From the human T2T-CHM13v2.0 reference genome, Homo sapiens, in assembly GCF_009914755.1 (NCBI RefSeq), contig NC_060926.1: a stretch of DNA of 64,000 nt. One strand, written 5' to 3'. Below the pieces are notes generated by a model that was not told the DNA's origin, did not search any database, and worked only from the letters and a program-made list of their open reading frames with translations. The position numbers and the translations under genes are program-made. Numbering within the stretch: position 1 is the first letter of the stretch; each line of letters starts with the position of its first letter. Positions 56,802-64,000 of the stretch are shown here, piece by piece.

Positions 56802-57099
56802 TCCCAGACCACTGGACAAAATGAGGTAGCATCCCTGGCTGGAGTCCTGGCTCTGTTAATTTTTGTATGTCCTTGGGAAAGTTACTTAATATCTCTTTTT
56901 CTTAGTTTTCTCATAAGTAACATGGGGATATTTCTGCTCTGCCCACTTCGTGCAGCTGCTGTGAGGATTTAATGATTAAATAGAAAAGTGCTGTACATGT
57001 GTGAGGTCTGCCAAGGTCTAGGGCTGGTACCTTGGGGAAAGCCTTTTGACCTCTTTAGAGCTATTCCTTTATCTGTAAAACAAGAGAGGTGCTCTAGAT

Positions 57100-57670
57100 T
57101 AACACTCGTCAGACTTTAATGTCCATATGTTCAACTGGAGATTTTGGTAAAATGCAGATTCTGATTTGGTAGGTCTGGGGTTGGGGGTGAAAGTCTGCAT
57201 TTTTTACCAGCTCCCAGAAGACGCTGATGCTGCTGGGCTGGTGTATTCATTAAGGTGCTCCAGAGAAACAGAACCAATAGGATATATATATACAGAGAGA
57301 GATTTAAGGAATTGGCTCACTCAGTAATGGAGGCTGGCAAGTCCAAAATATACTGGGTGAACTATCAGCTTGAAAACTCAGGAAAGAGCCTTTACTGCTG
57401 TTCGAGTCCAATGGCTGTCTGTGGCAGAATTCCCTCTTGCTTGCGAGAGATCAGTCTTTTGTTCAATTCAGGTCCTCAGCTGATTGAAAGAGGTCCAATA
57501 TGGTGGGCAACAGCTTTACTCAAAGCCCGCTGATTTAAATGTTAACTTCATGTAAAACCACTCACAGAAGGATCCAGAATAATGTTTGACCAACTATTTG
57601 GGCACCCTGTAACCCAGCCGACTCATAAAACTAACCATCACAACTGGGTACCGCACTCGGAGGAGCAAGG
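57100..57670. mobile_element. MER5A split by an MLT2 insertion
   Basis: aaatgcagattctgatttggtaggtctgggg...ctgatgctgctgg, resuming after 57647 as accgcactcggaggagc. Confidence 0.7.
57242..57642 (-). mobile_element. MLT2 (ERVL) solo LTR
   Basis: tgtattcattaaggtgctccagagaaacagaaccaatagga...cataaaactaaccatcaca; flanks gctgg/actgg. Confidence 0.85.
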
Positions 57671-58409
57671 GGCCAGATTATCTTGCTGGTACTCTCTGCT
57701 CATGTAATTGATGAGCAACTGGCAAATGCTGTTGTAACCATAACAGTCACTTTCCCAGGCACCCTTCTCCCACCGCATGCCTCAGCAGAGGGGTCCTGCA
57801 CTTGTCCCAGCTCGTAGCCTAACCTTGCATCTGGTGAGAAGAGATGGTTATTTTTCCACTTCCAGGAGAGCTCTGGCCAAACCCTTCGTCTGGCAGCCAG
57901 GTGGCTTGACAGAGCAGCTAGTGGCAGGCTGAACCCTTCCTGGCTGGCCTCAGCCTGGACGCAGCTGGAAGGTGTCCCACCTCCCTGCTTTCTGCCCCAG
58001 AAAACAAAACTAGTTAGTGGCAACCTGGCATGTGGAGATTGCAGAATTTGAATCCTCCTGCATTTCACTGAAGTGAAATGTCTCCTGTGCTCCCACTGGC
58101 TGCTAGTGCTGCCAAAAAATTCTCTCAGGCTTTTGTTTCCAACCACATTTTTCACAGGCCACTAGAGGCTATTGGCTGTTTGTCCTAATTGCCACCTGAA
58201 GCCAGTAAGGCCTTTTAAGGAGAGGATTGTCTTGTAGGTAGGGTCAGAGCCAAGATTTCTGCCTCTGTGTGGTGGAGCAGGTGAGAGAGGACGGAGTGGG
58301 AAGATGGGTCTGGGGATGGTGGTAGAGAAACACATTAACGGGATTATTTGCCAACAATTGCCCATCAAACAGGTCAGGGTGCTAGATTAGACCCAGATAC
58401 ACTGGGCAG

Positions 58410-58970
58410 CAGTACAGGACTATGATGTAAAAAGATGCAGTTTTAGACTCAGATGAACCTAGGTTCAAATCCCACCTTTGCCTCTTTTCCCAGCGGTACT
58501 TGGGCAAGATTCTTAACCTTTCTGTAGTTCAGTTTTCTCATAGCTTTGTTGTGAGAATAAATGATACCTATTTTTCCATTCAGAAATCCTCTGGGGCTCC
58601 CTGTTTCCTTCCCATCAACTTCCAGATACCCTCTGACTGGATCTGGGATCCCACTTAGCTCAGTCTCTGGCACTAATAGAAATCCAGCAAAAATTCAGCC
58701 AACAAATATCAGGCCATGAAGGCCATACACACAATATACGTTTTTTTACAAAGGAAAATGAAGCAGACTAAAGCACTAATTTGATCAATTCACATTTCAA
58801 TCCTTTAGCTCATGAGTTCTGGAAACTTCAGCAAGTTCCTTGACTTCTTTGTGTTTTGGTTTCCTCTTCTGTAATAGGATAACCACTGGGCTTGTTTGCT
58901 GGGATTGTCGTGAGGATTAGATGAGATAATATAGCCAAAGCTTTAGTGTGGACCTGGTACATCGCAAACC
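58410..58970 (+). mobile_element. Two MIR fragments (~58410-58570 and ~58800-58970)
   Basis: cctaggttcaaatccc...ttgggcaagattcttaacc; gtttcctcttctgtaa...gtgaggattagatgagataat. Confidence 0.65.
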
Positions 58971-59452
58971 CTAGCTCTTAGCTCTTCTTGCACCTGTTAT
59001 TTCAAGATTCCCCAGGTGTGTTCAGCTGTGTTAAGAAAGGGTTTGCAGAGTAGTGGTTGTGGATTCCCTGCGCAACTGTGGCCTTCAAGATGCTTTAAAA
59101 ACTAGCTGGGGAACCAAGCCCAAATCTCTGGGCTATGTTCCCTCACAAACCTTGGGTAAAGAAAACTTAGGGTAGACCTGGCCCACAGTTTCACTTGAAC
59201 TGGACTCTTGACCTTTCTTTTTAACCCTTGCCCTTTTCGCCCAGCACATTCTCCAAGGCTGTGCGAGGGCTTTATTGCTCGTTTCTTGAAGCCACCTTTA
59301 TGCTTTCTTCTTTACACCCTGTATGTAGTTTCTCATCAGGACCTTGAGTCTTTCTCTACCATGTTTCACGCCAATGCTTCTTTGCTGTTTCTATTAGCCC
59401 ATCTTGCCTTGGCCTTCTTCCTTGGGCATCTGGCCTGCTGCAATAGCTCGAG

Positions 59453-59635
59453 GACAGCAGCTTTCAACGCTGGCCACACCAAAATCACCTGGGGGAAGTT
59501 TTAACAAGATAATGCAGTCCTAAAGCACCAAGCCCCAAGATTTTGATTCAGAGAGTCAGGGATGGAACCACAGACAGCTGTGTTTTAAAGTCTCCCCAGG
59601 TGATTCCAATTTGCAGCCTGGGTTAAGAACCTCTG
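59453..59635. mobile_element. MER5-type MITE
   Basis: aaatcacctggggga...ccccaggtgattccaatttgcagcctgggttaagaacc. Confidence 0.7.
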
Positions 59636-59829
59636 TTAGAGGCTTTCCTGTGTTCAGCTGCAAAATCAGGAGCCCAGAAGCTTTTAGAACTTTGCTTTTC
59701 TCATCTGCAGAAGGGATAGTCCTGCCATCCACCCAACCAATGAGATCGGGTTGGATGCTTCAACCCCAGCTCAAACGCCCGTTAAACAAACAAACAACCA
59801 TGTTTCTCTCAGATCATGTTTTGCCTTTC

Positions 59830-60065
59830 GTTGTATTTATTTGAGCACTTATGTCGTTCATTAGACAGTAAGCTGCTTGGGAAAGGATCCACAGCTTGTT
59901 TAACTTTGTACCTCCCATAATGTTTAGTATAAGGGCTTGACACATAGTAAATATTCAATATATGATCATTGGATTGATTTGCAGTTGTTTTGTGTGCCCT
60001 GCAGGGTCTGGAACAGTACTGAGAGCATAGTAAACACTCAATAAACACTGATTGATTGATTAATG
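59830..60065 (+). mobile_element. L2 3' end fragments
   Basis: ggcttgacacatagtaaatattcaata; catagtaaacactcaataaacactgattgattgatt. Confidence 0.6.
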
Positions 60066-61300
60066 TATCTATTCAAAACCTATATAGAGAAAATGGAGGG
60101 CACAGAAACAGACCCAGCCCTATATTAACTGAATGGTGGTAGGGAAGTAATTTAACTCTGAGTGCCTTTGCCTTTGGTGTGTGGGTATGTGCAAGAGCTC
60201 ATGGAAATACACGTACACAGGCAGTGACATACACATACATACAGAGTTCTTGGAAATTCAAGAACTGATCATCTGCTTAGGTGATCCTCTCTGCTACTAC
60301 TTGGTAGAAACTGAAATGTCAAATGAGGACATTGGTAGACTTAGTTTAGTCATGCTCACAGTAATAAAATAATTTAATATAAAAGTATTTTGGAAAGTAC
60401 CAACACATGCAAATTATTACAAATGGGTTAGGCACCAACAGGTTGGGACTGTAGATGCTTGGGTTCTAGTCCCTGGGCAGCCCTTCACCTGTTGGACAAT
60501 ATTGGCTACATCCCTTAATGTCCCTGAACTTCAACTTCCACATCTGGAAATAAAGCTTTGGATTAAATCAGCAATTCTTATGCCCTGAAATGCAGCCAAA
60601 AGAACACTGATTTTTCAGAATATTAAAGATGTTGATAGGTGTTCAAGACAAATAACCAATAAACAAATCTTCGGGAAACAAACAAAAGTTGTTTCGGATA
60701 TACTATTATACTTAAGCCAAATGAAATAACTTTTTCTAGGACTTCTCAGGGACTTTATTTTTTGATGTTTACTGTGACTCACCAAGGGGATGTGGAAAGG
60801 TTTCTTGCAAGCCATTTGGCTCTGAAACACTCTCCCTCCACCCCAGAAAGCTTATTAACAATCGGAGGCATTTGCAAACTCTCACTCAGCAGCGGCTGAT
60901 GCTCAGTGTACCCTGGTATTTTGCTAAGATAACCACCTCACAGGTTGCCTCTAGGCACCAGCTCACTACAAAGAAAATCTCCTTGTCTGTGATGCTTTTA
61001 CCTCAGTTTTGTTGGTATATAATCTTACCTGTCCTTCATTAATTCACCTCTTTCAGGAAGTCTTCCCACCTTGCTCCATCCCATAGTGATAGCCCCTGAC
61101 TTGAAAGCAGTTAATGCAGCAGAGTAAAAAGAGGAAGGACTTCATAGTCAGACAGCCAACGTTTGAATCCTAGCTCCACCAGCTGTGTGGGTACCTGGTC
61201 AAGCCACAGCCTCTCTGAGTCTGATTGCGTTTGTCTATATTTTGTGGGTAATACTCCATGGGCATTTGGGGTTTGTACCATGCAGTATTTACTTGTCCTT

Positions 61301-61603
61301 ATTTTTTTTTTTTTTTTTTTAGAGACGGTGTCTCACTCTGTCAGCCCAGGCTGGAGTGAAGTGGCGCAATCTTGGCTCACTGCAGCCTCCGTCTCCTGAA
61401 TTCAAGCAATTCTCCTGCCTCAGCCTCCCAAGAAGCTCAGATTACAGGTGCGCCCCACCATGCCTGGCTAATTTTTTGTATTTTTAGTAGAGATGGGGTT
61501 TCACCATACTGGCCAGGCTGGTCTCGAACTCCTGACCTCATGATTGGCCCGCCTCAGTCTCCCAAAGTGCTGGGATTATAGGCGTGAGCCACCGCACCTA
61601 GCC
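61301..61603 (-). mobile_element. AluS (Sg/Sc-like)
   Basis: Full dimer with poly-T; TSD tacttgtcctt at 61290-61300 and 61604-61614. Confidence 0.95.
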
Positions 61604-61689
61604 TACTTGTCCTTCTAGTACAACATCAGGGGAAATTTCCCTCTGGGGCCCATCCCAGCCATGCTCTGAGCCAACATGGGGGTAGGTGC

Positions 61690-62200
61690 CCAGGCCCAAG
61701 GCACCACTTTATCACATTCCCCTGGCCATAGCAATGGGCCTTGGACACAATCAGGATCAATGAAACACAGTATTACTTTGCTAATATTTCTAAAAAAGAG
61801 GCTCTTGCTCTTTTCTACTGGATTTGAAACTTAGGGCAGATAAAGCCTGAGGATGCTGCAACCATCTTACAACTGTGAGGGGAGAGCCTTTCTGATAATA
61901 GAATCAACACAGTAGAATATAGGCTTCATGGTTGGAGTTTCAGCGGCCATCTTGGACCATGAGGTGACCTTGGGAATGGAAACCATAGAAGATGCCTAGG
62001 TTTCTGCCACCATGAACGCTATTCCAGTTTTGGACTATTTTTTATCATTTGAAAGTGAGAAGTAAATGTCTATTACATTTAAGTGACTGTCACTGTTTTC
62101 TGTTATTCACAGCTGAACCTCATCTGAACCCATAGTTTGAGTCAGCTTTTGTTTTCTTTGCTTGTTTATTTTTAAACAGAAAGGGTCCTGTCTGACATAG
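61690..62200 (+). mobile_element. Old MLT1 LTR fragments
   Basis: gcaaccatcttacaactgtgagggg; gcggccatcttggaccatgaggtgaccttggga; ctgttattcacagctgaacct. Confidence 0.55.
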
Positions 62201-62224
62201 TCTCCCACCCCCATGGTAGGATTA

Positions 62225-62610
62225 TGTCATGGGTTGAACTATATTACCCCCCAATTTCATATGAAGTTCTAATCCCTAGTCCCCAAATGTGACTGTATTT
62301 GGAGACAGGGTATTTAAAGAGGTAATTATATTAAAATTAGGTCTTTAGTGTGGGCCCTAATCCAATATAGACTGGGATCCTTGTAAGAAGAAGAAAGTTG
62401 GACACAGATATGTGTGCTAAACAGAGGAAAGGGAAGAGTGAGAAGGTGGCCATATGCAAGCCAAGGAGACAGGCCTCGGGATAAAACCAGATCTACCAAA
62501 AGCTTCATCTTGGACTTTTGGCCTCTACAACTATGAAGAAATAAATTTATGTTGTTTAAAGCCATGCAGTCTGTAGGACTTTGTTATGGCAGTCCTAGCA
62601 GACTACTACG
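62225..62610 (+). mobile_element. MLT1A/B-like LTR nested in a MIR
   Basis: tgtcatgggttgaac...aatgtgactgtatttggagacaggg...gggccctaatccaat...tttgttatggcagtcctagcagacta; flanks gatta/gagta. Confidence 0.85.
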
Positions 62611-64000
62611 GAGTAAATGAAATAATCATGTATAGTAGGCATCTAGCTCAGTGTTTGTAGCTAAGAACCCTCAGCAAATGTGACTTCCTGTTCCCCATGC
62701 ACTAACTCATACTGTCAGGAAACTCTCTATGGGACAATGTGCTCCATTTTCCTAACTAGATCCTTGAAGGCTCCGAAGCACCTGAGTCAGGACTATTATG
62801 CACATTAGAATGCTCAATAGATGCTTATTGATTAATTAGGACTCCCTAGGCCATGCTAGGCAGGCAGAGATGGATTAAGCTGTTTGATAAAGTCTACCCT
62901 AATGCACCGTACTTCTCTGGCAGCCTTTTTCTTTAAAGGGAGAAAAGAAGGAGAAGGCAGCTTTTACAGTTGGTTGAAATATCCTGGAAGAAACTGTCAG
63001 GGGAAATAGTCATGGAGATGAAGTTGACAGAGTGATGGCCAGGCAGCCCTTTACGATTAGTTGCAAGCTACCAGTTATGTCTGTTTTAATCTGGAGGATG
63101 CTTCAGTAATGAAGCGAGTGCGTGAATCTCAATAATGCAAAGTTAATGTTGTTAGCATTGGCCACCATCATTGCTTCACTTTTGTCCAACAGGGATTTTT
63201 TTTTATTATTATTATCCTCCTTCAGAGCTGTAATAGGATGGAAATATTCTCACTCACTGTTATTTTTGAGAACAGTAAGTGAATGTTAGCCCTTCTGCCC
63301 CTTAAATCCATAGCAACAAACCTATTCCTTTTAAAACCTAATTTCAAAACGGTGGCTAGACCTAGAAATCTATCCTTTTAAGCTCACATGTGGTATGGCA
63401 GAGGTTATATCTTCACTCCTGTAATTTTCCTCTGGGGAACGACTAGACTTTCGCTAACAAAAGTATTGGTTAAATTTCACCCACTGGGAAAAAGAAAACT
63501 GACAAAAATGTGTCACATTACCTGGGTGTAGGGCTACAGAAGATTTTTTTTTCTTCTGTAGTTGGTAAAGATGTAATGATGTTATTTGATCCTGTGCCCT
63601 TCTCTGGGTAAAGTGGCAAATAATGTATTTACCTGGATAATTAAGCAAATGTGAAAAACAGAAGGAAAACCAAACAAACAAAATACATATTTTGTCTGGG
63701 CTCTCTGAAGTTTTTCCTGAGATAAGATGAGGGAGGAAAGGTGAGATGAAATTATTCAGATAATTGTCTCACTTCTCTAGCTCACTTTCTGCAGGGAGAT
63801 GGTCTCATCCTTGGAGGTCTAGCCTTTCTCTGGTGTTGGCTCTTTTTAAGCCGTTATCAGGATAAGCTATTTGAGAGTATCCCCTGTAAAACCATGCAAT
63901 TTTCTTCGAAGGGTTGCCACAGAAGTTCCATTAGACAGCTAACTCCTAGTAAGTACATTAGAGGAATAATCTTGTCTCATCGGGGCTACTGGCTGAACTG

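Noticed and set aside
57700-58155. 151-aa minus-strand ORF (also 33502-33948, 43546-43932, 50538-50936, 54313-54714)
   Set aside because: No recognisable domain or splice context; several overlap LTR or microsatellite sequence, and lengths are within chance expectation.

Overview
Primate (human-like) non-coding genomic DNA, read as intergenic or deep intronic. It is dominated by interspersed repeats: Alus, many MaLR LTRs (THE1/MST/MLT1), ERV1-group LTRs (MER4, three MER41, MER31-like), ERVL LTRs (MLT2, LTR16), a near full-length Tigger1, hAT/mariner MITEs (MER5, MER33, MER53, MER58, MER63, MADE1), and L1/L2/MIR fragments. I can support no intact protein-coding gene, rRNA, tRNA or CRISPR array; nearly all listed ORFs are chance or repeat-derived. 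I found no convincing new biological system. The best leads are: (1) three co-oriented MER41 solo LTRs that differ in their tandem STAT/GAS sites (deleted, degraded, intact); (2) a TSD-bounded L1 3' transduction; (3) an AluY carrying a locally templated inverted insertion; (4) a MADE1 hairpin whose two arms share the same non-consensus bases; (5) a possible highly decayed class-I ERV pol/env remnant at the window start; (6) an unexplained protein-like ORF near 22 kb. Repeat subfamily names come from remembered consensus sequences and need RepeatMasker/Dfam confirmation.
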